Shown here: piece after piece, positions 17,810-29,672 of the stretch
How positions within the stretch are numbered: position 1 is the stretch's first letter
Layout: each line of letters starts with the position of its first letter
Assembly: GCA_000004985.1 (NCBI GenBank)
Contig: GG738846.1
Strand: one strand, 5' to 3'
Length of the DNA stretch: 64,000 nt
From: Naegleria gruberi
Lineage: Eukaryota
The notes under the pieces: model-generated
Told to the model about the DNA's origin: nothing
Database searches by the model: none
What the model saw: only the letters and a program-made list of their open reading frames with translations
Position numbers and translations under genes: made by a program

Positions 17810-20362
17810 ATGCAGAGAAGGGAAACTTCTCCGAAGAAGAAGAATATCATCATATTACACATCACGATCATTCTGTTAACTGCTATTTATTTATTTACAT
17901 TTAAAGGATATTTACTGAGTAGAAAAATATTAAAACATGATAAATACTATTCGACATTTAATACTACTCAACAATCATATATTCAAAGAACTAATCAAAA
18001 TGAGGATCAGAATAATCCTCCTAGGATTAATATAATTATTATGATTATTGATGCATTGAGATTTGATTTTTATTCAGAATTACCTCGTCTGAAAGAATTG
18101 AAAAGGCTTTATCCTAATAGGACGAGATTATTTAAATTTATTGCTGATGCTCCAACCACCACAAGCCAAAGATTGAAAGGATTAACAACAGGATCATTAC
18201 CAACATTTTTAGAAGCCATGTATAACTTCAATTCTGAGGAAATTAATGAGGATTCAATTATTCATCAATTAAAAAGATCCAATGCTAATGTAATCATGCT
18301 GGGAGATGATACATGGAAGAGTTTATTTAATTCGACACATTATTTTAGTAATCATCATTTGTTTCCATCATTTAATGTTTGGGATTTACATTCTGTAGAT
18401 AATGGAATTTTAAATCATTTATATCCATATTTGGAGAAGTTAAATAATGTTAATGAAAATGAAAGGAATTTGTTAGTAGCTCATTTTCTTGGAGTTGACC
18501 ATTGCGGACACAGACATGGGGTTCATCATCCAGAAATGAAACTAAAATTAAATCAAATGAATGAGGTCATTAACAATATGACCAACATGATTTCACATGA
18601 AAACTCTATATTTCTCTTATTTGGAGATCATGGAATGAATGATAATGGAGATCATGGTGGAAATTCAGATTTGGAAGTAGATTCTCTCTTATTTGCCTAT
18701 TCACCATTCATGGATTTAATTGAGAAGAATTATAGAGAGAGTGTACCACAAATAGATTTGGTACCTACTCTAAGTTTTCTATTGAACATTCCATCGCCAT
18801 ATGGAAATTTGGGGAAACTCATTCCATCCATGATTCCAACAAAATATAAGGAGGCTTTGAATGAAATTATCAAAGAGAATGCGCTCCAGATTTATAACTA
18901 TATTGAAAAATATTCAAGCATCGATTCGAGTTTTATTTCATCAAATGAATGGGCTAAATTGCAATCCATCTACCAGCAAGCACAATCTGGAAATAACTAT
19001 CAAGAATACGAAAAGTTTATAGATGAAATAGTTTTGATATGTAGAAAAAGTTGGGCATCATTTAACGAGTTTTACCTTTGGTTGGGAATGATCTTATTCG
19101 CATTGATCACACTTGTTTTGGTGATCGACATATTGTTTGATATTAATTTAGAGGTAGACATGGCAACAAGCTTCCTTTTCAAATTACTAAGAATATTCAT
19201 CCTCTTATCCACACTGATATTTATCGCCACTAATGTAGGGCCATTCTTTGATACTGATCTGGTCAATTATGTTCATTGTGGAGTGTGTATTGCGACTGCG
19301 CTATATTTTCTCACTGTTAGAATTGTCAAATTATATCAAGGAAAATTCACATTTATACACAGGAGAACAAGTAATTTTATTCTAATCATTGATTTTACCT
19401 GTTTGATAGCCTATTTCTTGAGTTTATTCTCTAACAGTTTTATAATATTTGAGGATAGAATGGTTAATTATATGATAATGTTTAGATTGGTCGTATACTA
19501 CCTGATGCAAGAAAATTTTAGCAAACAAATCAAATCAGTATCCTTCATCTATTTGGCCTTATTGCTACTTTCTGTCAATCAATCCTACAGTATGATAAGG
19601 TACAGATATCATGCAACAAATTTTATAGAGGATAATTTTCTTAATGTTTATACGAATGAGGTTTTAATGATTATTTATCTTATAGTTATTGGATATTTAA
19701 TGTATCTGGAATGTGGTATAATGTATTTCCCAATATTCTCATTGATTTTGGTCTACTTGTTTTATATTTCCACACTGTATCATTTTGGGCACACTAATTT
19801 AATAGCTCAAATTGTTTATTTTTCTTCCTTTCTGTATTTCATCAGAGAAGGTAAATTCCAAGCATTTATTCCTGTATTCTTGATACTTTATGACCATAGG
19901 TATTTGTTTTCATTTGTTGTTCTCCTCACTCAGTACTATACGTATAGTTTACTTTGTAAGGATTTTTCTCAATTTAAGACTAGTCAAATTATTGATATAT
20001 TCTTATTTGGAGTGCAATCATATTTTGGGTTGGGTCATCAAAATTCAATGACTACCATACATTGGAATAGCGCCTTTGTTGGTATTGCCGAAGCTCATTT
20101 GGTATTGAGTGGGTTGTTGGTCATACTCAATCAGTATTCATTTAGAATATACACCTTTTTAAACATGGTACAGAGAAACGATCGTTGGAAATATTTGACA
20201 CTGTGTGTGTGGATTTCACTCTCAAGTATGATATGTTGCTATATTCAGAAAAGGCATTTGATGACCTGGGATATTTTTGCTCCAAAGTTTTTGTTTGAAA
20301 TACTGTTTACCATTATTGCATGCATTCTTACACTTGTTTCTTCATGCCTTTTAAATGAATAA
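17810..20362 (+). CDS. PIGO: GPI ethanolamine-phosphate transferase 3 (PIG-O/GPI13 family)
   Basis: IIDALRFDF, ...TTSQRLKGLTTGSLPTF..., FPSFNVWDLHSVDNGILNHLYP, HFLGVDHCGHRHGVHHPEMK, GDHGMNDNGDHGGNSDLEV. C-terminal multi-TM region with IHWNSAFVGIAEAH and RHLMTWDIFAPKFLFE, matching the PIG-O C-terminus. Confidence 0.9.
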   Translation: MQRRETSPKKKNIIILHITIILLTAIYLFTFKGYLLSRKILKHDKYYSTFNTTQQSYIQRTNQNEDQNNPPRINIIIMIIDALRFDFYSELPRLKELKRLYPNRTRLFKFIADAPTTTSQRLKGLTTGSLPTFLEAMYNFNSEEINEDSIIHQLKRSNANVIMLGDDTWKSLFNSTHYFSNHHLFPSFNVWDLHSVDNGILNHLYPYLEKLNNVNENERNLLVAHFLGVDHCGHRHGVHHPEMKLKLNQMNEVINNMTNMISHENSIFLLFGDHGMNDNGDHGGNSDLEVDSLLFAYSPFMDLIEKNYRESVPQIDLVPTLSFLLNIPSPYGNLGKLIPSMIPTKYKEALNEIIKENALQIYNYIEKYSSIDSSFISSNEWAKLQSIYQQAQSGNNYQEYEKFIDEIVLICRKSWASFNEFYLWLGMILFALITLVLVIDILFDINLEVDMATSFLFKLLRIFILLSTLIFIATNVGPFFDTDLVNYVHCGVCIATALYFLTVRIVKLYQGKFTFIHRRTSNFILIIDFTCLIAYFLSLFSNSFIIFEDRMVNYMIMFRLVVYYLMQENFSKQIKSVSFIYLALLLLSVNQSYSMIRYRYHATNFIEDNFLNVYTNEVLMIIYLIVIGYLMYLECGIMYFPIFSLILVYLFYISTLYHFGHTNLIAQIVYFSSFLYFIREGKFQAFIPVFLILYDHRYLFSFVVLLTQYYTYSLLCKDFSQFKTSQIIDIFLFGVQSYFGLGHQNSMTTIHWNSAFVGIAEAHLVLSGLLVILNQYSFRIYTFLNMVQRNDRWKYLTLCVWISLSSMICCYIQKRHLMTWDIFAPKFLFEILFTIIACILTLVSSCLLNE

Positions 20363-20493
20363 GCATTTGCTAAAGATAAAATCAAAGTTTTGACTTTCTA
20401 ACAGATCTTTTTGTTCAGGTATTGAATAAATAACAATATATTTGGATTAGAATATTCATCGTTACTAAATTTAATAAAAACTGTACATTAAAT

Positions 20494-22627
20494 TTATTCT
20501 AATAATCTCAAACACATTTTCTTTAGTAATCTTGCTTCTTGTGTTACTGTTCGGTCATCTACAGACTTGCCATCAATATCAAGAATGGAAGTATTTACAT
20601 TGGTTGCATCACTGGCACCATCTGCATCTGGACTCAGGGCTGTCTTGATTTCCTTACCATATGTTGCAGCAGCATCTAAAAAGTTCAATATATCAATATA
20701 CGTCTGATCCTTAATGACAATCATGTGTTTGGCAATCGTTTCAAATAATGAGAGGAAGCATCTCTTTGCATAGAACCATGTATCTGTCATAATCTTCTTA
20801 TTGTATGGGATTAAACTCTTCATTACTCTTGAAATACCAAACTCATAGTGACCCTTGGAACAGTAAAGTGTACCAATTACAAGATTAACAATACACAAAT
20901 GAAGAGATTGTTTTTGAGGATTTTGTCTGTGCAATCTTTGCTCTTCATTTTCAATGTTTTTCATCCATTCTTCTGCTTCTTCGTTCATACTCTTCATAAT
21001 ATACGAAACACACAAATTGGCCAAAACCATTGCGTGAACATCTAACAAATTATCCTTTTGTTTGGTTACAATTGGGAGATAGAATTTGATAGCTTCCTTA
21101 AATTTGTTCTCTTGCATAAAGTAAGTGTTGGCCATATTGAGTTTCCAAACGTCGTGGTCAGAACAAAATTCTGCACTTTGGAGGAGAATCTTTTCAACCT
21201 TTGGGTAATTTTCAATATCCCAATAAATCTTTGACATTGCCATTAAAACGGGTACGTATCCCTCCAATGCCTCGTCATAGTCACGAAGAGACTTTTTCAT
21301 TTGATCGCCATCCTTCTTAATTCTGGCGTCTTGTATAATTTTAGTGAGTTTTCTAAGGTTGTCGATATGTTTTGTTGCAAGAATATCCAAGCTTCTGAAA
21401 GCCTCTTCTGGACTCGTTTGAGCCATAATAAGTGCCTCCAAAAAGTCATACAAATCTTGACTCAAATAGCTAAACGACAAGTGACTATTTTCTGCTAAAA
21501 TATCAGCTGCCAAAAGGTAATGTTGATGTTTACAATATAAAAGCAACAAATTTCCAAAAGTTTCAGGAGGGAATGGTGGGTGTTGAATAAGATGTTTGAG
21601 TTTTTTAAACCCTGAATTAGGATCAGATTCCATTTGCAACAATCCTTGGTTGTGTAATGTTACTGGATCCAATTCTTCTTCTGATCTTGGTGGCATCTCT
21701 CTGAGGGCCTCATTACCTTCAACGTAATTCTTCAATTGATATTCAATGGAGAATTTCAAGTTGAAAGATTCAATGAGAGCTGTATTTCTCAATGTTTGAC
21801 TGTTTCCAACACTTCTCACCTCAAATCCGTCCGTGTTACTACCAACACTTAACTCTGGATGTTCCTTTGATCCTCTATCAATAATATCCTGATTATATTT
21901 ACCGGCAATATTATATTGTTTCAATCTATAGTAACACAATGCAATGTTATAAGCAATGTGTGGTTGATATTCCAAAATACTAAGCGCATCTTGGAACTTT
22001 TTCCTTGCCTCTTCATATTTTTCTTCCTTATATAAAATACAACCTTGGAGAACCAAAGTATCTGGGTCATCTTGAATACACTTTTCGGCATGTGATTTTG
22101 TTGTTGCCAAATCTTCCAATTCGTAATGACAAGCCGAGAGTAATTTTTGAACCTTTTAAATTATCTCAATTTTACAAGCTCAAAACAAATCCACTTACTT
22201 TTTGCATTAATTCTTCCGATTCAATCGGAGCACAGGCCTTGATTGCTTCAGGATACATTCCTGCCTTAAAAAGAGATTGAGCCTGATAAAATTTGTATTG
22301 ATCGACAGAAGGATATAGCTTGACTAATTTTTCATAGGTTTGTGCAGATTCAACAAAATTCTGAAGCAAATAGTCGCAATAAGCAAGTAATGAAAGAGCA
22401 GCTCTGCTCTCTGTAAAGAATTCTAATTGATTTTGAAGAATTTGTTTAGCATCCTCATACTTTTTTTCCGTAATAAGGGTGTAGATCACTTTTGTATATT
22501 CACCTTCCTGAACCCGAACACTTGGTCTGCCTCCATTAACAGATGTTCCAGGTCTATTATTCCCCCAAAAACCGGTTGGAAGAGCAGTCATAAGTCTTCC
22601 ACCGGCAGCTGTTGATATTCTATTCAT
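20494..22627 (-). CDS. IFT70: Intraflagellar transport protein 70 (TTC30/fleer/DYF-1). Two exons: complement(join(20494..22152, 22199..22627)), 46-nt intron 22153..22198.
   Basis: Exon 1 ...EGEYTKVIYTLITEKKYEDAKQILQNQLEFFTESRAALSLLAYCDYLLQNFVESAQTYEKLVKLYP... aligns with the human TTC30A N-terminus. Intron GTAAGTGG...TTAAAAG keeps the frame (...LMQK|VQKLLSACHYELED...). TPR repeats throughout. Confidence 0.9.
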
Positions 22628-22688
22628 TTTTTACGATATTGTTTTTTCGTTGTTATTTTCCGCCATGTAGAATTTTGTAGTTGTTATT

Positions 22689-22698
22689 GGCGCCAACC
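22689..22698. promoter_or_regulatory. GGCGCCAACC motif ~65 bp upstream of the IFT70 ATG
   Basis: ttattGGCGCCAACCacc. Half-palindromic E2F-like core. Confidence 0.3.
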
Positions 22699-22769
22699 AC
22701 CTACAACCGTCAAATAAAGTTTATGCTGTTTACATTTTAAAAACTCAAATTTATTTACAAAGTTAAAAA

Positions 22770-24528
22770 TTATTGAGAAATAGAACCCTTTTCAAATTGA
22801 TAGAGTGATTCTCTTTCGTGTGGCAAGAGGGTTGGGACAGTGGAGAAGTAATAATTGAATGGATAGTACAAGAGCAAAACAACGTCACTACAATATAAAT
22901 CGGCAAATCTTTGAATTTGAGTACTAAAGTATGATTCTCTTGTACCTGATCTGAATGTGCTTCCAAAGTATGAATTAAAGTGGGCATTGAGTTCTTCTTG
23001 GGCATTGGCAATTTGTTGCTTGATTGGGAATTCTTCAACATCTTTGTGACCATTGATAGGATAGGATGAATCAAGATTCTTAAAGCTTTCAGCTCTGATA
23101 TATTCCAATGTATGAACAGTGTTCCACATTTCACTTGATCTCTTTGTCATCCAATTTTTAGTTTCTTCTTCAACTTCTCTGACAATGAGGAGGGTTCTCC
23201 ATAGACATCTATTTTGTTTGGTAACAATGATATCGTGGAAAATATTGTCTCCCACGTATAAAACCTCAGAACCTTTAGTCTTGGTGAATTTCTTGAATAA
23301 ACCAAAAGAACCTCCACAATAAACGCTTCCTTTTTTGAACCCCTTAACTGCTGACAATTTCAAACTTCCAGTCGATTGATCCACTTCTCTCAAAGTTGAA
23401 CCTTCCTTAAAGAATTTTGGTTTTTGACCATTAGTAATAATGATATCAAAGAAATCAGTCCATCTTTCATAACCTTCAATAGATTTATCCAACAAGAAGG
23501 CCATAACTGCATTAGTATAAAAATATTCTGAATTGGTTAAGAGGAAAATCTTCTTTCCAGCCTTTCTCATTCTATCAAACAAGAGTGGAAGCCTATCATC
23601 CTTCTTGATATATTTAGCTAAATCAGACATGACTTCATTCTTTAAGCTATTATCACTATGAACACCATGGAAACATTCTCTGATATCATCAAAGAGAGAC
23701 CAATAAGAAAGTCTAGCTTCTTCACTACTGGTTTGTTCAGTACTATCAGAATCATTGCTGGTAGGACTTCCAGTTTCACTCTTAGCAAGGAAATTGGTTT
23801 GTTCAAAGTAATCAACAAGAGATGCATAGAGAGAGGCTTCTGGAATTCCGAAAAGGGTATCATAACAGAAATATCTCTTACCCATTTCTTCTTCATTGTG
23901 AATCAAGTGATCTGGATAGAATCGTTCATATTCGGATTTTTTAACAATCTTTTTACCATGAACACATTGCAAGATGAATCCATAGTGGTCAACCTTTAAA
24001 ATGTTGCCATATCTTTTATCTAGGAATGTACCTCTGACTGCAAATGATGGATCATAGGTAATATTGAGAACTTCGGATGGGTAACCTTTAGAATCAACAA
24101 GTCTTTGAAGGATCATTTTAGTACACATTGATTCAAAGACTGGAGAAATGTAATTCTATTATTGTTATTATTATTATTATATTAATATTGTAGATCAATT
24201 TTTGTTGATTAATTTGTTGTTATTTTGGTGGTGATGAATTTAGTGTGAAATTTATGAAAATGCATTCCCATTTAAATACTTACAGCACTTTAAAATGTTT
24301 AAATTGTTGTGTGAGATAAAATAATAATACTTACATTGTATAATCCATATCAAAGCCATAATATTCAATATTATCCAAATTAACAGTACGATTTACAAAA
24401 ATACGATGTTCAACTGGTCTTCTGTACTTTTCTGGGAGTTCATAATCTATGGAGGAATCTAACTTCTTCAACTCGGAACTAGAGACTGGAAAAGAGATTG
24501 GCAATGGTGTTTTTGGTGTCTTTGGCAT
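22770..24528 (-). CDS. Cytosolic purine 5'-nucleotidase (NT5C2/HAD 5'-nucleotidase family). Proposed structure: complement(join(22770..24155, 24284..24287, 24335..~24528)), i.e. two introns flanking a 4-nt micro-exon.
   Basis: Exon 1 ...[34 protein letters not shown] (cf. human ...[31 protein letters not shown]). Downstream ORF ...[27 protein letters not shown]...DPSFAVRG...YGNILKVD... (cf. ...AVYKSPEYESLG...). No single GT-AG intron restores the frame. Two introns around the micro-exon TGCT give [16 protein letters not shown]. Probable ATG at complement(24526-24528), MPKTPK.... Confidence 0.8.
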
Positions 24529-24729
24529 GTTGTTAAAGAGAGAAAGTTGTTGAGTTATTTTTTTTTGATTGGAAAAACGATATTGGTAACCACAGTAATA
24601 ATAAGGCAAGGTTGTTGATGAGATGCTATAAATAAACTGTTAAAAAATTGTAATGATCATGTACATCTAAGATGTTGAACAAAAAAATTTCAAGATATTT
24701 GCTGGCGGAATGAAGCTTTTATTCTCAAC

Positions 24730-27450
24730 TCAATTAACAGTATTACCCTCCTTTTGTTGTTTGTCAATGAATAATAATTCACAAACACTCATCAATTTTA
24801 AGAAATCAATTAATTGTTTTTGTGAAAAACACTTGTACAAACCACGTGTATCATCAGCAATAATGTCGGCCAATTGCATACAAGCATCATATTCCTCTGC
24901 AAATGAAAGTAATTGGTAGAGGCAAAAAACAATATCTGGAATGCATTTTTGTTTGAGTTTGGCAAATTCTTGTTTCGTAGAATCATCCACATTTTCAATA
25001 GTGAGCCAAGGTGATTGAACAATAGCCAGGTGGTTATCCTTAGCTTGTTTGAGGAAAATCTCATTTTCTTGTGTCCATTTCTTGAGAATGGTATTGTTAA
25101 ATTGGCTCAAATCGCTTTGATACTTAATCTTATCAGCTTGAGTACGGAAAGGACCTTCTTGAGTGGTAAATGTAGGTCTTTCTTTGATATGGGTATTCCA
25201 TGACACATAGGTAGTTATTGCCTTCTCATAGAGTGTCCAAAACATGTATTCTTTAAATATTGTTTCTTGTCTACTGTCAAGACCAACATCATCCAATTTC
25301 GAATCAAGTTGCTCGTGGAGCTTTTTCATTAATAATTCAAATGCTCCTAGTTTACCTTGGTCAATAAATTCTCTTATCAATAAATTTGTTTGGAGCAGAC
25401 AATTGAATGGGTTAATATCTTCAATACAGAGCCAATCGATTGAGTTTATCTTCTTAATGTCCAATTCGGTGGTTTGTCTTTCTCTTAGATTCTTGAGTGG
25501 ATTATTTTTTGGATCTAAAAAGAAGGCAGCATCAAACATGTTGGTAACTTCATCTTGGGAAGCTTTTTGTTCAAGAGTTTTTTGAGCAACTATGGTGGCA
25601 ATTTCTTGAATGTTTAAGCCTTGCTCCTTTGCTTTAGCGATGAGCATGGATCGGAGATTCTTTGAATTCTCCTTCTCACTTTTTTCTATTGCAATAATCG
25701 ATTTTGCATATACATCCGATCTATAGTCATAGGTAACATTTGTATCGTTTCTATTATGTATAAATTTGGTGTAGAAGGCAATAGATTCGAATTGCTTAGA
25801 GGCAATCAAGTAGTGGATATATTTGACAATGATAGCGTCCTTACACTCATCTTTTTCGAATGAGCCATTAAGACTTATCCAAGTTAAAATAAAGTGAGCG
25901 CTAAATCTTGACAGGTTGGCTAAATATGACATGGTGTACTCTGCTGGATTGTTCACAGAGTCTAATAAATATTGAACTAGATTTGGAATTTGGCTGCAAA
26001 TAATGTATGACTGAATAACGTGATGGTACTGCACAGCATCAATTTTGATCTTCTCATTTGAAGAAGTATTAACAGATTGGACAATCTCCAGTAATGACCT
26101 GCTATTACTCTTGAGTGAATCGAGAACAGAGCCAACATATAACTTGTCTTCAGAATCATTTGGTACGTATTTGGCGAGCTCTTGATTAATTAGATAGAGC
26201 ATTGTTGATTTGCAATAAGCCCATAGATAGTCTTCCCATGAAATACAACATGGTAGGATTGAATTCAAGTCTCCTGCAATACTGCCATAAATAGCCCTTT
26301 CGTATTGATGAATTTCATCGTCATTTACAGTATCTGATTTCAAAATTGATAGAATGGTATTAAGGTAAACAAATCTGTTTTGATTGCCAACAGTTTCCTC
26401 ATTTTCACAGGCACCTGGCATTAATCTAGGGTTATGGTAGAGCTCAGACCCAGATAAGGTTGATGCTCTCCAAAATTGGTTGTGCATACGACAGAATTTT
26501 TGGGCTTCTTCAATCTGTCCAGATCTGACTAGTGCCCAAGTCTTTTTAATGATTATTCTTTCCTGTCTCAAATCATTCTCATCCAAGTTATTATTCTTAT
26601 AGATAGAATCAGGATCAACATATTCTCCACCTCTGGATGTAAAGAGCCATGCTCCTTCATTTTCCACATCAACTTTTTCCTTGGCATTTTCTTCCAACCA
26701 ATTGACGATAATCTTTAGAAAGGTAAACGAAAATGTGCTTAAAGAAAAAACATACTTGTAATTTACGGAACTCGCTACCAGTTTTCATCATTTGGTTGAC
26801 AACCTCTTTGTGACTGACTCGCCACACGAATTTCTTTAATTCTTGTTGATTAAGATGGTCACTAATATTATCAAGTGATTTCTTTTCATCCTCAAATAAT
26901 AAATACAACAATTCCCAAGTAAATTTTTCCAATTTGAGTGTTGTGTACTCTTTTCCGACTTTTAAATGTTGTTCATCAGGAAGAAAATACGTCTTTTGAT
27001 AAATTTCTTGTAATTCTTGAACTCTGTCATTCCATTAGTACCATAATCTCTATTAACTTACTTTCTTTCACAAATCTTTTCAAATCTTTTTGCTAACACA
27101 ACATGAGAATCGGAAAATGATTGATCCAAAACTTCCATAAACTTGGAATCTAATAGAGTATTACTATTTTTAATTTCTTCCATTCTATAATTTCTCTCGT
27201 AAATATCAATAACATTATCTAAATTATCTTCATGTTGTTGTTTTAAATTCTCTTCGTCATCATCAGAAACTAATCGTAATGGTTGTGTATCGTCATCAGA
27301 AATCATTTGATCATCATTAGGAGATACATCCATCATTAAATTGTTATTTCCAGAAATCATTTGATAATCATCATCAAGATGTTGTTTTCTTGTATTGTTG
27401 TTTCCGCCACCAAAATTGAAGGACATGGGATAAAACTTGTTTCCTTCCAT
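24730..27450 (-). CDS. Nup107/Nup84-family nucleoporin. Three exons: complement(join(24730..26712, 26756..27023, 27062..27450)); introns ~43 and ~38 nt.
   Basis: ...RQERIIIKKTWALVRSGQIEEAQKFCRMHNQFWRASTLSGSELYHNP... resembles the Nup84/Nup107 signature (ACLRAGRLDEA...WRAATLEGW). Introns GTAAGTTAATAG...GACAG and GTATGTTTTTT...CTAAAG restore one frame. Exon lengths sum to 2640 nt (879 aa). Family assignment is moderate; gene structure is firmer. Confidence 0.6.
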
Positions 27451-27648
27451 TTTTTTAAATTTTTTCCTTCACTTTTTTCGTATCATGGAAGCCATTCATT
27501 GCTGGTATTCTAGAATGTTTGTTAGTTTTATTAGAAAAATAGCTTAACATTAGTTTTACTTTAAGAAAATTTAAGTTATTCACACAATTTTCTTCACTAA
27601 TCACCCACACCATGATGATTAATATCATTCATCACTTTCAGAAAATAT

Positions 27649-29619
27649 TTGAACAAAAAAATGAAGAAACGCATCAGCAACGTTCTCTCACAGAAGACTT
27701 CTACCACAACAACAACAGTGAAGAAGGACTCCTCGGCGGAAGTGGTAGCAACTGGAAGTAAACCAACTACAAAGAAATCAACAACACCTTCCAAGAGTGT
27801 TGTTACAAAGAATACAAGTTCTGAAAAACCATCTGTTGTGGAAGAAAAAAGAACAATCATGCCAACAATGAATGAATTTGATATGGATGAACAATATTTT
27901 GATGATGCTGAACAACCATCAACAAGTCAACTTGCTCCATCATTGGATTTTTCTGATAGTGATGATGATTTGAGTGATTCCGATAATGATGAACAAATTG
28001 TGAAAGGATCCAATGGTGCTGCTTCCAAAAAGAGTGGAACTAAAAAAGCTACTACAGAAAATTCACCATCTTTTACTGATTTGGGTATTTCATCATGGTT
28101 AGAAGAACACTTAAGCAAACTTCAAATTAACATGCCAACAGTAATTCAAGAAAAGTGCATTCCACCAACACTTGCAGGAAAGAATGTTATTGGTATGTCT
28201 CAAACTGGTAGTGGTAAAACAGCTGCATTTGCACTTCCAATTATTCAAAATTTAGCAAAGGATATGTATGGAATTTATGCTCTTATCATTACACCTGCAA
28301 GAGAATTGGCCATTCAAATTAAGCAACATTTTGAAATTTTAGCAGGTGATTTACCAATTAGAGTTGCATTACTTGTAGGTGGTATGGATTATCTTAAACA
28401 AGCCCACTTATTAGATAGCTCTCCACATATTGTAGTTGGTACACCTGGTAGAATTGAAGATGCCATTAGAACGTTTAATAATGATGGATATTTCAAAAAG
28501 ATTAAATATTTGGTATTCGACGAAGCAGATAGAATATTTTCAATGGATTATTCATTAGATTTAGATAGAATTTTGAGTGTTTCAAATCCAAAAAGACAAA
28601 CATTATTATATTCTGCTACAATGAATAATCAGGTTAAAAAACTTGCTAAAATGGCAATGAGTAATAGTGGAAAAACGAAGGAAGAAAGGGAACAGAGTCT
28701 CTATATTTATGATGCTTGTAAATTGTTCCAATTGGCTGATAATTTATCTCAATATTACTTGTTCATGCCTGAACATGTTAAAGATGCCTACTTTGTTCAA
28801 TTAATCAATTCATTACCAGATAATTCGATATCTATTGTATTTTTCTCAGATATTACTCAATGTGAATTAATGAATCAAACTTGCAGATTGTTGGGAATTA
28901 GTTGTGATTCTCTTCATGCATCTAAATCACAAAAAGAAAGATTTGCCGTATTGAAATATTTCAGAAAGAGAAGACTCAAGTTTTTATTCTGTACAGATGT
29001 TGCTAATAGAGGTTTAGATATTCCAGCAGTTGGTTATGTTATTAATTATGATTTACCAGACACCACTGATAAGTATGTTCACAGAGTTGGTAGAACAGCT
29101 AGAGCTGGAAGACTTGGTGTGTGTATTTCACTCATTTCACAATTTGAAGTTAAACGTATTAAAGCCATTGAATCTGATACTGATGTTCAAATGGCTAAAT
29201 ACGAACCTTTTGATGAAGAACAAGCTGAATCTGAAGAACATCTCTTAAGTGTTGCTGAACAGAAATGTAAGGCAAAGATTACACTCTTAGATTCTGGATT
29301 TTATGATAGATTCGAGAAGGTTAAATCCAAACAACAACTCACAGCAGATTTGAGAAAACAAGCTCAAATTTTCTTTGAAAAGAGATCGATGGATCAACTT
29401 AAACAAAATTCTGGAAGGTGGAAGGATAGATTCAATGATATTACATCATCAACAACTGATAATAATAGTGAAAATATTAATACAACCAGAAGTTTTGAAG
29501 CTACTGATACTACTACTAATAATAATAACTCAACAAGAAGCAATGAAAATAGTTTAAAGAGAAAGGAAACACAAGATGTTAATCTATTCGGAGGTATGAA
29601 AAAGAAACGAAAACAATAA
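27649..29619 (+). CDS. DEAD-box RNA helicase, DDX49/Dbp8 orthologue
   Basis: Q-motif region LGISSWLEEHLSKLQINMPTVIQEKCIP (cf. DDX49 LGLSSWLVEQCRQLGLKQPTPVQLGCIP). SQTGSGKTAAFALP, TPARELA, DEAD, SAT, HRVGRTARAGRLG. Basic/Asn-rich C-tail. Confidence 0.9.
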   Translation: MNKKMKKRISNVLSQKTSTTTTTVKKDSSAEVVATGSKPTTKKSTTPSKSVVTKNTSSEKPSVVEEKRTIMPTMNEFDMDEQYFDDAEQPSTSQLAPSLDFSDSDDDLSDSDNDEQIVKGSNGAASKKSGTKKATTENSPSFTDLGISSWLEEHLSKLQINMPTVIQEKCIPPTLAGKNVIGMSQTGSGKTAAFALPIIQNLAKDMYGIYALIITPARELAIQIKQHFEILAGDLPIRVALLVGGMDYLKQAHLLDSSPHIVVGTPGRIEDAIRTFNNDGYFKKIKYLVFDEADRIFSMDYSLDLDRILSVSNPKRQTLLYSATMNNQVKKLAKMAMSNSGKTKEEREQSLYIYDACKLFQLADNLSQYYLFMPEHVKDAYFVQLINSLPDNSISIVFFSDITQCELMNQTCRLLGISCDSLHASKSQKERFAVLKYFRKRRLKFLFCTDVANRGLDIPAVGYVINYDLPDTTDKYVHRVGRTARAGRLGVCISLISQFEVKRIKAIESDTDVQMAKYEPFDEEQAESEEHLLSVAEQKCKAKITLLDSGFYDRFEKVKSKQQLTADLRKQAQIFFEKRSMDQLKQNSGRWKDRFNDITSSTTDNNSENINTTRSFEATDTTTNNNNSTRSNENSLKRKETQDVNLFGGMKKKRKQ

Positions 29620-29672
29620 AGTTTATTGTTATCTTCCAACTGCCAGATGTCATCAGGCAAGGATAAAAAAAA

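Noticed and set aside
20494-22627. ORF-track 'M' start codons taken at face value (e.g. MEDLATTK at 22119, MCFELV at 43891, MEENAKEK at 26697)
   Set aside because: Checking the DNA shows these are TTG or GTG codons reported as Met by a bacterial-style ORF caller. They are internal Leu or Val residues of spliced eukaryotic exons, so the ORF list fragments single genes.
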